A stretch of DNA of 64,000 nucleotides from Vairimorpha necatrix (Eukaryota), in assembly GCA_036630325.1 (NCBI GenBank), contig CP142726.1, positions 186,001 to 250,000 on the forward strand. Direction: 5' to 3'. Positions 11,149-23,963 of the stretch are shown in pieces. The notes below the pieces were generated by a model. That model worked only from the letters and a program-made list of their open reading frames with translations, ran no database searches and was not told the origin of the DNA. How positions within the stretch are numbered: position 1 is the stretch's first letter; each line of letters begins with the position of its first letter. A program made the position numbers and the translations under genes.

Positions 11149-11837
11149 AAGGGTAAACTGATTCGCTTCTATTTATATAAATCTCTCCTTTTAATTATCC
11201 AATAAAAAGATCATTTTTAATTAAAGGAGGAAAAAAATGATAAAAATTATTAGAAAATTTTTAGAATAAATTTTTAAGTCATTTTAATGATTTTTGTGCT
11301 TTGTTTTTTTGTGCCCCTGAAACATTTTTTTAATCTAAAAGTCGTTATTAATTTTATAACGGTATTAATATTAATTTATTAATTAAAAAAAAACTACATT
11401 TGTATTTTATAAGGTGAAATGTGTCAAATATATTCACAAAATATTATTGGATTAGTTTGAGGAATGTTTCCCCGTTTTGGAATACTTTATTAGTTAATTA
11501 TACTGATGTATATCTTATTATAGGGCTAATAAATCAATAAAAACTTAAAAACTAATTGTTTGTTTGTTCATATAAGGGTTAAAAAGAGATCTAAAATATA
11601 ATAACTACAATTTACAGTGTCTTTTGAATCTCATTGTTACATAAGATAATAATTTTCCAAAATTAGAACTATCTTTATACAGGACAGTTTGATAAATTAT
11701 CATAACTTAATTTAAGACGCTTAGTATAATATGCATGCATTAATAATTACATAGTTTTATTTTTGTAATTATATCAATGTCGTTTTTAATTTAATTTGTT
11801 TCATCTTTGTATATTTTTATCCCTAAAATAAACAAAA

Positions 11838-13085
11838 ATGGCTCTTTTCTACATCCCTACATTCACTAAAAAATCATCTGACACTCTACAAAAGTTCAAA
11901 AAACTTGTAGAAAAAGTTTTAACTTTACAAAATGTCTCTGAGAATCTTGAAACGATTTACGACTACATCTCCTACGAACAGTCAAAACCAACTTCTGATT
12001 GTACAAAATATTTTATAACCAACGAACTAGCTGCATCTTTTTCTTTAATACAAAATTATAATATTGAAACATTTTTTATAAAAATTATTGGTTCATTGAA
12101 TAAAGACAACTTAAAAAATTTTATAGTAGTAAATATTTTAACTAGTAGAGTCTGTTTAATATATTCGGAAAGATTGGTAGTTTATAATATGGAAGTAGAC
12201 ACGTTTTATATAAAATATTTGACTGATAATTTTCATAAAGATAAGATGTTTAGGTATGCCACTTTATTATTGTTCAATTTGGATGTATTTAGTAAGTTTC
12301 ATAAATATAGATTACCAAAGAAAATGATACAATTTATTAATAATAATATGGATGTAGAGACATTTGGGATATATATGATGTATATATTAAAAGAAAAAGA
12401 AAATAAAAAGGTATGGAGTTTGGAAAATAAACAAAAAATAAAATTAGAACCCAATATTAATGAATATAAATACAATGTAAATGATTATAAAGACATTGTT
12501 AATGATTATAAACAAAATTCAAAGGATAATCAACAAAATATGATAGAAAACTCATATGGTAAATATTACGTCAAATTCCAAGATATTAAACCTATCAAAG
12601 ACGATGCAGATTATAAACACCTAGATCTAAAAAACAAGCCAACTTCTTATTACAAATCTTTATTATCTTTAAACATACTAGACGAGATCACAGAAATGAT
12701 TATTGACAATTTTTTACTTATTTTTAATGGCGATCAAGAACATTTAGACTTTTTATTATTTCTTATTAATGAATACTCAACTTATATTGGCAAATACATG
12801 TGTGCAGAATATAAAAATGAAGATATTTGGAACGTAATTGACATTTACGACATTATTATAAAAAATATGAAAAAACATTGTCAGCCTAAAAAATTTTCAC
12901 CTGTCAAAACAAAAGGCAATTTCTTGCAAAAAATTCTTGATTTACAAGTTAGAAATGAAGAAATCTACTATTTCCTGTTTTTTATTAATAGAGAAGCGTT
13001 TTATAGAAAATTTATGGAGATAAACAAGTTAATGAAAGATAGTGAATATTTTCACGGCACTATCTATAATTTACTAACAGATTAA
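11838..13085 (+). CDS. Hypothetical protein, 415 aa
   Basis: Long ORF; CCC at 11821-11823 upstream; no motif recognised. Confidence 0.8.
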   Translation: MALFYIPTFTKKSSDTLQKFKKLVEKVLTLQNVSENLETIYDYISYEQSKPTSDCTKYFITNELAASFSLIQNYNIETFFIKIIGSLNKDNLKNFIVVNILTSRVCLIYSERLVVYNMEVDTFYIKYLTDNFHKDKMFRYATLLLFNLDVFSKFHKYRLPKKMIQFINNNMDVETFGIYMMYILKEKENKKVWSLENKQKIKLEPNINEYKYNVNDYKDIVNDYKQNSKDNQQNMIENSYGKYYVKFQDIKPIKDDADYKHLDLKNKPTSYYKSLLSLNILDEITEMIIDNFLLIFNGDQEHLDFLLFLINEYSTYIGKYMCAEYKNEDIWNVIDIYDIIIKNMKKHCQPKKFSPVKTKGNFLQKILDLQVRNEEIYYFLFFINREAFYRKFMEINKLMKDSEYFHGTIYNLLTD

Positions 13086-13349
13086 AAAGTATAATATAAG
13101 ATAGTAAATTAAAATGCAAATATCTAAAAAGTAATAAAATGGAAAATTTATACTAAAATTTATTGATTATATTATATTACAAGTCGAATATAAAAAATAA
13201 GATGAAATCTACAACAAATTACAAGACATACACGATAAAAACACAAATTTAATTATAACTAATAATTCAAAAATTTATGTACATATTTGACTTACTTTTA
13301 TATTAGTAAAAAACAAATAGCAGATAGTTTTCATATTTTATCCCCTTTT

Positions 13350-14027
13350 ATGAACTTGAACACTGAATCTTCGTTTACAGTCTCGTCAAGTTATAAATCC
13401 CTCAAACTTTTTATTAATGAAATAGTCAAATCTATAAAAACTGAAGACCAAAATGACAACGAACAACTTACTAAAATATTAGACGACATCAATAATATCA
13501 TTACCTCCACGCCCCTATCTTCAGAAAGAGGCCGATATGCCAATCCCAATGCCAAGGAAGTTTTTTTAAATATTTCTAATACTAAATATAACGACATTGA
13601 AGATTTAGAAAAATATTTGAAAAATTCATTTGGCAACAGTAAAAGACTTGATTACGGCACAGGACACGAACTAAATTTCCTATGTTTTTGTTATTCAGCA
13701 AAATGCGCAAGCATTTTGAGCTTAAATGAGGTCTACAATTTATTTAAAAAATATTGGAGTGTTTCTAGACATTTTATTTCTAAGTTTAACTTAGAACCAG
13801 CGGGTTCTAAAGGCTCCTGGTCATTAGATGATTATCAATTGCTTCATTTTGTATTTGGCGCGGCCCAAGGAGGTTATGTTTTTGATAAATTAATTTTAAG
13901 TACTAGGAGTTTAGTAACTAGAAATTTGAAGACAATAGAAGATTATATAAATTTGTATGATAGAGAAGTATTAATGAGGAATGTGGTTACTAAAAGTTTC
14001 ATTTATAGTAGATATTTAGCTAAATAA
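13350..14027 (+). CDS. PP2A phosphatase activator PTPA (Rrd1/Rrd2 family), reduced
   Basis: SFGNSKRLDYGTGHELNF and LEPAGSKGSWSLDDYQ; start moved to ATG 13350 behind CCCC. Confidence 0.92.
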   Translation: MNLNTESSFTVSSSYKSLKLFINEIVKSIKTEDQNDNEQLTKILDDINNIITSTPLSSERGRYANPNAKEVFLNISNTKYNDIEDLEKYLKNSFGNSKRLDYGTGHELNFLCFCYSAKCASILSLNEVYNLFKKYWSVSRHFISKFNLEPAGSKGSWSLDDYQLLHFVFGAAQGGYVFDKLILSTRSLVTRNLKTIEDYINLYDREVLMRNVVTKSFIYSRYLAK

Positions 14028-14264
14028 TCTGATTAAATATCTCTTTTATATTTTAATTAGGAATATGGTTTATATGTAAATTGTCACTTATATATATCGC
14101 AAATGAAACTAATATGACTAAATATTTTTAAAAATCTCCTTTATAGTTATATTTTTAAATTGACATAAATGTTAATTAAAATAAACCAATATAACTTAAA
14201 TAAAACAAACCATAAAAATTTATAAAATTCATAAATATTTAAATGATAAATTTCCTTTATTAAT

Positions 14265-15293
14265 TTAGAAATCAGCATCAAGTGCGAATGAGTCATTTCC
14301 ATTTTCGACTCCTACAAATGCTTTCTGATATTGCGACTCACGTTTATCAAAGAAGTTTGTCTTGCCTACAAGACTAATATTTTCCATAAAATCAAATGGA
14401 TTTGCTGTGTTCCAATATTTTTCCAAACCAAGATTAATTAGAAGTCGATCAGCTACAAATTCAATGTATTCACACATGAGTTTACAATTCATACCTATTA
14501 AATTTACTGGTAAACTTACGCTTAAAAATTCCTTCTCGATCTCAACAGCTTCTTTTACTATGTCTAGAATGTATGGCGACTTATTAGTCAAGTATTTGTT
14601 GAGTAAACAAGCGAAATCGCAGTGTAATCCTTCGTCTCTAGAAATAAGTTCATTAGAAAATGTCAGACCGGGCATTAAACCTCTATTTTTAAGCCAGAAA
14701 ATAGAGGCGAATGCGCCAGAAAAGAATATTCCTTCTACGCATGCAAAGGCTATGACACGAGTGGAAAAAGTACTATTTTGATCATTAATCCATTTCAAGG
14801 CCCAGTCCGCCTTCTTTTTAATGCACGGTATAGTAGAAATAGCATTGAAAAGATGTTTTTTTTCATCGCTGTCTGTAATATAAGCATCAATAAGCAGAGA
14901 ATACATTTCACTATGAATATTTTCTATAGCCACTTGAAATCCATAAAAGCATTTAGCTTCAAGTACTGTAACTTCAGTTATAAATCTCTCAACCAGATTA
15001 GCATTTACAATACCATCGGAAGCTGCGAAAAATGCTAAAATATTAGAAATGAAGTACCTCTCATTATCATTTAACGATAACCAGTCATTTCTATCAGCAG
15101 TCAAATCAACCTCTTCAACTGTCCAGAATGAAGATTCGGCTTTTTTATACATTTGCCAAATATCATGATATTTTATAGGAAATAAGACGAATCTTTCTTC
15201 TTTTGGGTCAAGTAATAATTCGACAAATTTTGATTTTTTTAATTCTTTTTCTTCTAACGAATCCGTTATTTCTATATTATTTTTAATTGCCAT
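14265..15293 (-). CDS. RNR2: Ribonucleotide reductase small subunit (class Ia R2)
   Basis: [37 protein letters not shown] and GKTNFF motifs; C-terminal DADF; CCCC upstream. Confidence 0.98.
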   Translation of the reverse strand: MAIKNNIEITDSLEEKELKKSKFVELLLDPKEERFVLFPIKYHDIWQMYKKAESSFWTVEEVDLTADRNDWLSLNDNERYFISNILAFFAASDGIVNANLVERFITEVTVLEAKCFYGFQVAIENIHSEMYSLLIDAYITDSDEKKHLFNAISTIPCIKKKADWALKWINDQNSTFSTRVIAFACVEGIFFSGAFASIFWLKNRGLMPGLTFSNELISRDEGLHCDFACLLNKYLTNKSPYILDIVKEAVEIEKEFLSVSLPVNLIGMNCKLMCEYIEFVADRLLINLGLEKYWNTANPFDFMENISLVGKTNFFDKRESQYQKAFVGVENGNDSFALDADF

Positions 15294-16262
15294 TAAGGGG
15301 TAAATGAAAAAAAATTCTTATAAACAAATACGAAAGATTTTTTTGTAATTGGAGGGAAAAAATAATACAAAAATAATATCCGTTAAACTAGTATTAATTT
15401 AAAAAACTATAAGTTCATTAAGTTGACTGTAAATCAAAAAAGTTTGTTGTTTAAACAAATTATAAATTTATTTTAAATTTTGAAAGTAATATAATTTTTG
15501 ATATTTTAAAGGATCGTAAATATATAAATATGTCAATAATCTCAACTCTAAATTATATACTGTAGTAAGATATCTAATAGGATGTAAAATATTAAAAGTA
15601 CATTTACAATGCAAAAAGATTAAGAAACTATAGAAATTAACTTATATGTTTTTTATAAACGTAATCTAGATTATATTAGTATTTGTTGATTTTGAACAAA
15701 CAAAATAAATATTTTATTATATGTTATTGACACTAACTTTTTGTATTCTTATATATTTGTAATGTTTTTTTGGAAAAAAATATATTTGTCATGTTAATTT
15801 GATTCATAATTATAAAAAGAAGTACATAAGTTACTTTTACTATTGTTATTTACAAGATAAAACTTCAAAAAAAATTTGGCATCCAAAAATATGCGACGAA
15901 TAGTAAAGATTTCATTAAAATGATGACATTAAATTTTATTGACACTTCCTACGTTGACATTTGCAACTTCAAAAAATTAAAAAATTTGCATGCTGTAACC
16001 TTTTGTTTATGATTTATTTAACGAGTTGAAAAATTGATACGCTTCAAAAAATTATTCATTTGGTCAATATATTTTTATTTATCAGATATAAAATTTTTTT
16101 AAAAAGAAAGGAAATTCTTTATTTAATTACAATACATATTTACAACTCCTACAACCTGTCAACTATCAAGATCTACTGGTATCTTTTTTTCATTAAATTG
16201 GTCAATCAAAAAAAATTGTTTTGAAATTTTTTATAAATAATTTTTTTTCATTCTAAAAATTT

Positions 16263-16889
16263 ATGAAATTTTCTTTGAAATACCTTCCTTTAGTATTTTA
16301 CACAGGGAGATCTGTTTATATAAAACATTTAAACCAAGATTTATACATGTGTGATGTTTCTTTACCTGTTAAAAATGACAGACCTATTACTCAATGTGAA
16401 AAAGATGAAGCTACCAATTTTGCGCTTGAAGGAGACACTGCTAATATTCATATCGTTCATACCCCGGTCTCAAATGGTGTATGGGATATAGGCAGAGCAG
16501 GATTTATCAAAATATTCACTCAACATGGAAACTCTAATCAGAATTTTTATTTTAAGGAAATAGGTGATCGAATAAATATAATGCAGAATTCAAAATGTGT
16601 TGAATGGGATGATTCAACTAAAAGATATGTGTTGAGAAGCTGTGATGGTAGTGACGAACAAAAGTTTATGAAACTCGATAAATTGCCACATATGGATTAT
16701 GTGGATGACCATGGACATTTGTCACATCATTTAATAGGCGAGTGTCCTATTAATACGCCGTTCTCGAGAGATAAAAGTATTTATGATTTTGATGGTAGGT
16801 TGAAAGGCGATTATCATCACAGAGATCATAATCATCATTCGCATCGATGTCACTCAAGTGAACATTTTTTAGATCATGATGATCATTAA
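16263..16889 (+). CDS. Secreted ricin-B-lectin-like protein with His-rich tail (RBL-1)
   Basis: Signal-like N-terminus; beta-trefoil pattern VWDI...NQNFYF...KCVEW...C...EQKF; His-rich C-terminus. Confidence 0.8.
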   Translation: MKFSLKYLPLVFYTGRSVYIKHLNQDLYMCDVSLPVKNDRPITQCEKDEATNFALEGDTANIHIVHTPVSNGVWDIGRAGFIKIFTQHGNSNQNFYFKEIGDRINIMQNSKCVEWDDSTKRYVLRSCDGSDEQKFMKLDKLPHMDYVDDHGHLSHHLIGECPINTPFSRDKSIYDFDGRLKGDYHHRDHNHHSHRCHSSEHFLDHDDH

Positions 16890-19538
16890 AATTAAATTTT
16901 TATAATTTATTAAGTTTTTTATATATTGTATTATGATACATATTCTTCTTTTTCCTATACATGCAATCTAAATGATAAATTTTATATTATCTTAAAATAT
17001 TTTTTAAATATTAGTTTTTAGGTCAGTTGTAAATTTTTTAAATACAAGTGACAATATATTTTGTATTTTACTTCAAATTAAATTATTAAATCGTAATATG
17101 TGCTAAATTAAAATTGTGTGCAAACATATATACAATGTAAATAAAAACCATATCAATTATAATCTGTACATGGGAATTTTTTAGAATAAAAGAACACTAT
17201 AATATAAAAGGGCTTGTATAAACAAAGCATAGATGTCTAAAAGTAATTGATCTTTCAAATATACTCAGAAATTACAATACAAAGGTAAAAATATAATGTA
17301 AATTGTTAGATTTAACTAAAATATTTAGATTTAAGAAATAATTATAATACAAAATATTTAGTAGTTAAATAAATAACGGTTTTTTTATAACCCTAAATTA
17401 TTGGATAAACAATAAGAGAAACCCCCGCGAAATAAGAAATATCATCATTTACATCAAGGCAAGAGTAAAATTATCATTATGAGTAAAAAACTAAGAATTT
17501 AGCCTACTTTTTTTGCAAGTGTGACAAAGGGAAATCATAAAGGAAGGCATATTGATTTTGAAAGAACTGTATGAGCTTATATTTACATGTAAAAGAATAT
17601 TGTAATAAAAATAAACAATCAACAAAGAAATAAATTTACAAGAGATGTTTAGGCTTATTGTATTAAGCTGACATGGATTTAATCAAATATTATCAGAAAA
17701 TTAATCACAGGTAAAGAAATCATTGTATCTTCTGTTAGCAAAGCTTTGCGATATTGCAGGCACGTCAAAAATCTGATCATAAATATAATCAATCTCCATG
17801 AAATACTGTCAAAATTCTATAGTCTTAATTATATGAGGAATTTTTTTAATATCATATGAAAGTTTTTATATTATTCAATAGAAATAGAGATTTTTATATC
17901 TTAAGATCAGTACATAAGATATATAATATTCTCAATGCCACTTCAAATAGTATATTGATCTGTTTAATTAATAATATTTGGACCTATAAAAATTTTAATC
18001 GGAACATTGGCCAGAAGTTTATGGTGTTCTAACAAAGGCAAAATGTCATCAACGTTTGTTTGATAGGGAAAACATTTTGAATAATAAAACCAAATGATTT
18101 GTTTTATTGAGAAAATAGTAACACATTACACTTATTATTAAAACATTGCAAAGTAGCATAGATCAATTAATACTATAAAAATGATCTATGTCATTAATAA
18201 ATAAAAAAAAAATTTTAATACCATTGATGAGATGCACACTCTTCATCTGCTGTGTAAAAGTCCCAATACGTCAAAGGACAATAAAAAACAAGCATATTAG
18301 ATATGTCAATTATACTAAATTAACGAACATCTAGTGCACTATTCTGATGAATTCAAAAAGAATGCAAATTGGAGCAATTCATATTACTAAATTGTAAAAA
18401 GACTTGCCTTTACAATTTAATATGTAAAAAAATCTAATTTGCATCATTCAAAGTAGAGCCACAATAAAATAAAACATCTAACTTGAAAACCAAAGTCGAA
18501 TATCTTTATTTCTACATGTAAAAAAAAACCATGAAATTTGGAAGCATTTTCGATTTAAATTTGTCAGGATTAAATTAAGATAAAAAATATATCTACCGCG
18601 AAGATCATAAATAATAAGCACAAGATGGGAGATATATAACTTTTGAAAAATAAAATGTGCATACAAGGATAAGAGACGCAATAAAAATAAATGTAATATA
18701 AATAATGTAAAAACATAACCAGTAACCCCACACATACCAAAGTGATTTTTTTTCATCTTTATATGAAACAAAAGACAATCTCGCAAAAAAATAATAAAAT
18801 GTGTAAGCCATAAAAATTTTAATTATATAATTTGACTCTGATTGTCAAAATTATGAGTTTGCGGCTTGCATTTATCTTGCAATTAATCAAATAATAAAAA
18901 GAAAAAATGGCTATTTATAAAAAGCTTTTATTTATACAACTCATTTCCATTTATAAGAATTTTTCTGATACAAGAGTGAAAATGATTTTTTAAAGACATA
19001 CAAGAATAAATTCAAATATGAAAAATAAAAAAAAATATTTTTTCCACAGAATAGGAATTAATTTCTGCACACAGAAAGGTTTCTGTGATTTAATTAAAAG
19101 CTTAGTCCTATATTAAGTCATAACAGCGGCGATGCAGATCATGAGGCAAGATTCCTATAATCTGATTAATTTAGTGGAGCTATCATTGAAAATAATAGGC
19201 TGAAAAATACAAGCAGAGGATAATAATATAATATTATACGTTCTTCGGACGAAAAACATTATATTAATCAGATTTTATTATTGTTACATGACGCTAATAG
19301 TACATTATATTAAAATATTTTTCAAATTTAACAAAGCATTTGGACAGCGATAGAGTGCTTATTCAACAACTTTCTAAAATAGACCGCGAAATACTCTTTA
19401 AGATTTCTACTTGGGATTGCGCCTAAATTATTACATTTGAATAGACTAAGTTAGATTAGATATTTCAAATCCCATATATATTTTACGGTACGTATAAATT
19501 TTTTTTACAAGGGCAGTTACTAAAAACAGTATTTTTAA

Positions 19539-20093
19539 TTAAAACTTTTTATTTTTACTAAGCACTTTGCTCTTCTGGTTAAACTCTTCACTACTATCAT
19601 AATTTACTCCATAAGTAGACTCCGAATCTCCATATATAGGAAACCCTGTATTCTTTTTTAGTACTCCATTATGTTTTTTATCTTTATGATTTGAAATACT
19701 AAAAATCTGTTTCTGATCTTCAATACAACTGCTCAATACAAATTTATCATCTTCATCGTCATATGTAACGCATCCATACTTGCTCCTTATTTTACATGTA
19801 TGAGGATTTAACATCAAAAACTGGAAAACTTGTCTGTCATCATCATTTTTCCAAACATACTTAAGAGTGTTGTCTTTAGAATCTGCTTCTACTACATATT
19901 CTTCTCCAGAACCAAGTTTAATATTTGTGTAGCCATAGCCGTCAAAATTAAGAACAAATTTTTTAGCATGTCTTTTACTGCAAGGAGTGACTAAACGACC
20001 GGATTCTCCGATTGACCTATCACACATGTAGACGTCGTAATAAAAGGATTTAATATAGACTTGAAATGACAACCCAAAATAAAAGAGAATCAT
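19539..20093 (-). CDS. Secreted ricin-B-lectin-like protein (RBL-2)
   Basis: Short signal peptide, VYIK...MCD...C, RQVFQF, GCVTYD...C...KQIF; homologous to RBL-1. Confidence 0.78.
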   Translation of the reverse strand: MILFYFGLSFQVYIKSFYYDVYMCDRSIGESGRLVTPCSKRHAKKFVLNFDGYGYTNIKLGSGEEYVVEADSKDNTLKYVWKNDDDRQVFQFLMLNPHTCKIRSKYGCVTYDDEDDKFVLSSCIEDQKQIFSISNHKDKKHNGVLKKNTGFPIYGDSESTYGVNYDSSEEFNQKSKVLSKNKKF

Positions 20094-20658
20094 ATAATTA
20101 TTTATTTTTTTTATTTTTTAAATAGATAAATGGCCAATAAAAACATAGAAATCGACATTAAAAACGTTGTCATGTGATATATCAAAAAACAGTCATTTTT
20201 ATATTATAAATTGACATGTGAAGCATTTTATAATTAATTAAATTATATAAAAAAATATAAAGCCTTTTTATTAATGTCCCAAATTAATATATGACAAACT
20301 TTATAGTTTAAAAATTTTTCCTAAAACTTTCGACAGACTCACAGTCGCTGGAAACGCTTCGACATAAAAAAAAATAAAATAATACCTAGATAAAAATCAA
20401 ATTCTTTTTTTAAACAAAAAACATTCTTTTACTGTTATAAATTACATAAAAACAATGGTTATACAAATAAAAATATTTTTTTGATACTTAAAACACATCT
20501 GATTTGTATGTTTTATATTCAACAATATAATTTGTCAAATGCGTAAAAGTAGAAATGATAGGACAATACGAAATAACAAAAATTAATTTGTGTATTTAAA
20601 TTATGTACATTCCGATAAAATTATTTATATTAATATAAAGAGGTTTTAATATAAAAAA

Positions 20659-21672
20659 CTATTGTTGTGCGGTTGAACGACTTTTAGAATTTGAAATTCT
20701 TCGTGAAGAAAACGAACTCAAATTATAACTATTTTGGAGTTGATCAAGAGCTTTGATATTTGGCGGAATACTTTCTTGTATATTTTCTGGGCCATCATTT
20801 TCATACATATTTTGACCTATTTCAGGAGTTGAATATCGAACAAACCTAGTCGTTCTTATTACTCCGGCGTTTCCTGGGATAAGTAGCGGAACAAATTCTT
20901 CATTCGCTGATTGATCATGCATTGGATTAGATGATCTTACAATTTTGGTCGTTCGTATTATTCTGGCTGGGAAATTTTCTGGTGTAGGAAGTGGTTTAGT
21001 AGTTTTACAACGTTTTTTTTTTCTTGGATGATTTGTAGAACTTTGACTTTTACTTTTCTTTATTGATCCGCTGATACCAACACTTGGACTTTTTTTAATA
21101 AAAGATACATCATGTAGGCGATCATCACTGAGTCGATTATGATCAATATCAGTACTACTAGTATCGCCACTATTGCAGTCAGAACTCGAATCGTCGTATC
21201 TTCTCCTGGGTCGGTTCTCGGGTTTCTTTTTATTTGCAACAGACTCTTTTTTCTCTTGCTCTTTTTCAGGTACAGGTACGGCCGTGTAAAAGTGATCCCA
21301 AATACCTCTACACTCAGCTAAATCATAATTTCCAGTCTCCCTATTGGGTTGAAGACATTTATCCCCTTTTTTTAAATGGAACTGACCTTCATATCCGTCC
21401 ATTTCCACTAAAGAAACGCTTTCTGAGTTATTGTCATTGTCCACTATTAAGTTATTTCCAGAAGTATTTAAAGCTCCAAATGTGTTTGGACTTCGAAACG
21501 GTTTTTTGTCTCCTTTTTTTGGTATTATCCAATTTGTTGCCTCTAAGGCAGAACAAATCTTAACTTTGTTATCTTTACTATTAACATCGACGGGATCACA
21601 TAGATATAAATCCCAATTTTCATTTTTTATCAGATGTGCTGTGGATAATAATACGTATACAAATATAAGCAT
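20659..21672 (-). CDS. Secreted ricin-B-lectin-like protein with long S/K/R-rich tail (RBL-3)
   Basis: Start MLIFVYVLLSTA at 21672; LYLCD...KICS...KCLQ...LAEC; low-complexity tail containing a duplicated IRTT-x-[IF]VR-x-S-x-P motif. Confidence 0.72.
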   Translation of the reverse strand: MLIFVYVLLSTAHLIKNENWDLYLCDPVDVNSKDNKVKICSALEATNWIIPKKGDKKPFRSPNTFGALNTSGNNLIVDNDNNSESVSLVEMDGYEGQFHLKKGDKCLQPNRETGNYDLAECRGIWDHFYTAVPVPEKEQEKKESVANKKKPENRPRRRYDDSSSDCNSGDTSSTDIDHNRLSDDRLHDVSFIKKSPSVGISGSIKKSKSQSSTNHPRKKKRCKTTKPLPTPENFPARIIRTTKIVRSSNPMHDQSANEEFVPLLIPGNAGVIRTTRFVRYSTPEIGQNMYENDGPENIQESIPPNIKALDQLQNSYNLSSFSSRRISNSKSRSTAQQ

Positions 21673-22954
21673 GCTAGTTATAAATTTTTTTTTTTTATAC
21701 TTAAGATGAAACGCTAGGACAAATAATAGTAGAAAAGAACAATGATAAACCAATATACTACTAATAATATACTTTAATGTTTTATATGTGATTTTTTGAT
21801 TTATCATAGAAATATAAGAAAAGTTTATTGGTTACATCGTATACATTTTTCATGTTATTAGCATATTTCTTGCTTAAACTTAAGTATTATATTTTATATA
21901 TTATGGGTATTTTTTCATGTTTCAGATTCGAACTCTAATGAAGTCTCTGCAAGCATTTGATTTTTGTATTCAAACCTAACTTAAATTATTCTGTGTAAAT
22001 ACAAAAATGGGAAAAGACTAGTTATCATAGTAAAGTTTACATGCACAACACATGAAAAAAATATAAAAATATGTGGCAAATTTTTTATGATACTATTTTA
22101 ATTTTGCCAATGTAAAATATAAATATCATTCTTTATTTCTTTAAAATGAAAATCATTATATTGAAAAAAAACAATTGAGTATAAAAACTACAGAGCTTAA
22201 ATGTTTAATTTTAAAATTTATGTACAATGACACATTTTCAACACAAAAACTTAATTATATGATTTTATATTGATAAATACACCAACATTTTCTTCTTTAT
22301 CTATTATAAAGTCTTAAAATTATTAAAAAGCATACCACTGAAACACAAAAGGAGGATGTTCCTAAAAAATTTCATACACTTAATACCGACATATATTTAC
22401 ACGTAAAACGAAGTGCCACTTCGTTGTATTAATTCTAAAACTAAATATTATCATGTTTACCTGTTATTATAATTTTTTCTTACATCTAATCATCTGTTAA
22501 ACTTCAAATAATATTTATTGGTACTTATCTTGTTTTTCATTTATTTATTGGTACCTCGGTTTAAGGCATGCTGATAATAGGCTTCTAAGATCATTAACTA
22601 GTCATGTTGACCATTATAGTTTACGTTCACTATATGTATATTTGACAAAATATGACTTATGAAGAGTTTAAGTAATATTTTGTTTATTACACGCTTAAAG
22701 ATTATATTCATATTGGCTTTATATCTATTGTATGAATAAGTTACAAAATTATTTAAGTTTTTAAAGTGACCAATTATCTCTTAAATGTGTGCAGACAACA
22801 TCAATTTAAAATAGTCGACGTGATTTTCTTTCCCTATTTTACCTTGCAAAATAAAAAACTACTAATCGGTGCTCCCGTAATTTTAACTTTTTTTCCTAAC
22901 ATTCCTACAATTAATATTGTAACTAATAATGCTTGATGCTGATACATAATTTAT

Positions 22955-23579
22955 GAAACATTGCCGTTTGGGACCCATTTTGTGAAAAGAACCCGCATTG
23001 AAAATATATAAAAAGGAAATATGAAAAAAATCATAGAAAAAAGAGACTTTACATGATATTTTGTATAATTTAAAATGATTTATACATCGATTTTTCGGTA
23101 TTCGATAAGACTTGAGGAACTGATTACGTACTCATAGTGTTCGTCCTGGTTTGTTCTATGTCTAGACCGCAAAAATTCTTGGAAAGAATGCAAAATTTTT
23201 TAATTTGTATTGTATTTTGTCTCAGGATCGTTCAATATATGAAATTGAGACATGATTCACAGTCCTGTGCTCCATCCAGGATATTTTTCTAATGCTGCAT
23301 TATATGCTACCATTGAATGATCACAATAGAACGGGCAATACATTATCTTGTATCACCCCAAGGACAATAGCTGCATTTCTACCAGACACAGGACAAGTAA
23401 GGCGCGCGCTTGTTTTGTATATTTCAATTTTTTAAGAACTTAAATTTATTTCCATATTCAAAAACATTTATATTTTAACAAATTTTGTTCTTCACAATTT
23501 TGTCATTTTTTTCATAGGGGGCCTTCAAATTTCCAATGCAGGTTCATTTTCTCAAAGTGGGTTAAAACGGTCATGGACC
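22955..23579 (-). mobile_element. Non-autonomous Merlin (IS1595-like) deletion derivative, copy 1
   Basis: Imperfect ~45-bp TIRs (ccgtttgggacccattttgtgaaaagaacccgcattg versus the reverse complement of caatgcaggttcattttctcaaagtgggttaaaacgg). Flanks taatttat/aaatttat give a 7/8 TSD match. Minus-strand HRTVNH remnant. Confidence 0.75.
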
Positions 23580-23963
23580 AAATTTATAAGCACAAAGCAT
23601 ATACAAAGTATAATCTTTTATATGATATTAAATTGACATAATAATTTTGGTGTTGGAAGTCCATACACAAAAAAAATTATAAAAATACTTTTAGGTGTTT
23701 TATTTTTTTATTACTTAGATACTTGAACTAAGTTACTATAAAATATTGTGGTTTTCACCACTGAGGAAATTATGTAAAATATTTTTATTATTATTTTTTC
23801 TCTTCTTTCCAAACTCCGTACCCCTCTACGGGTAAAATACTTCAATAAATGTTGAAGGGAACCCCGAGCGACTTTGAAGGGAAAGATTTTAGAAATATAT
23901 TTTATGATATTTGGTATAATATAAATATTAATAGGAAATAAAAAACAATAAAATCTAAATGAT

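Noticed and set aside
15351-15362. E2F-like site TTTTCCCTCC upstream of RNR2
   Set aside because: Single imperfect match; cannot be distinguished from chance.
23816-23880. Small GC-rich hairpins (ccgta-cccctc-tacgg)
   Set aside because: Stems of only 5 bp; no matching partner end or RNA family recognised.
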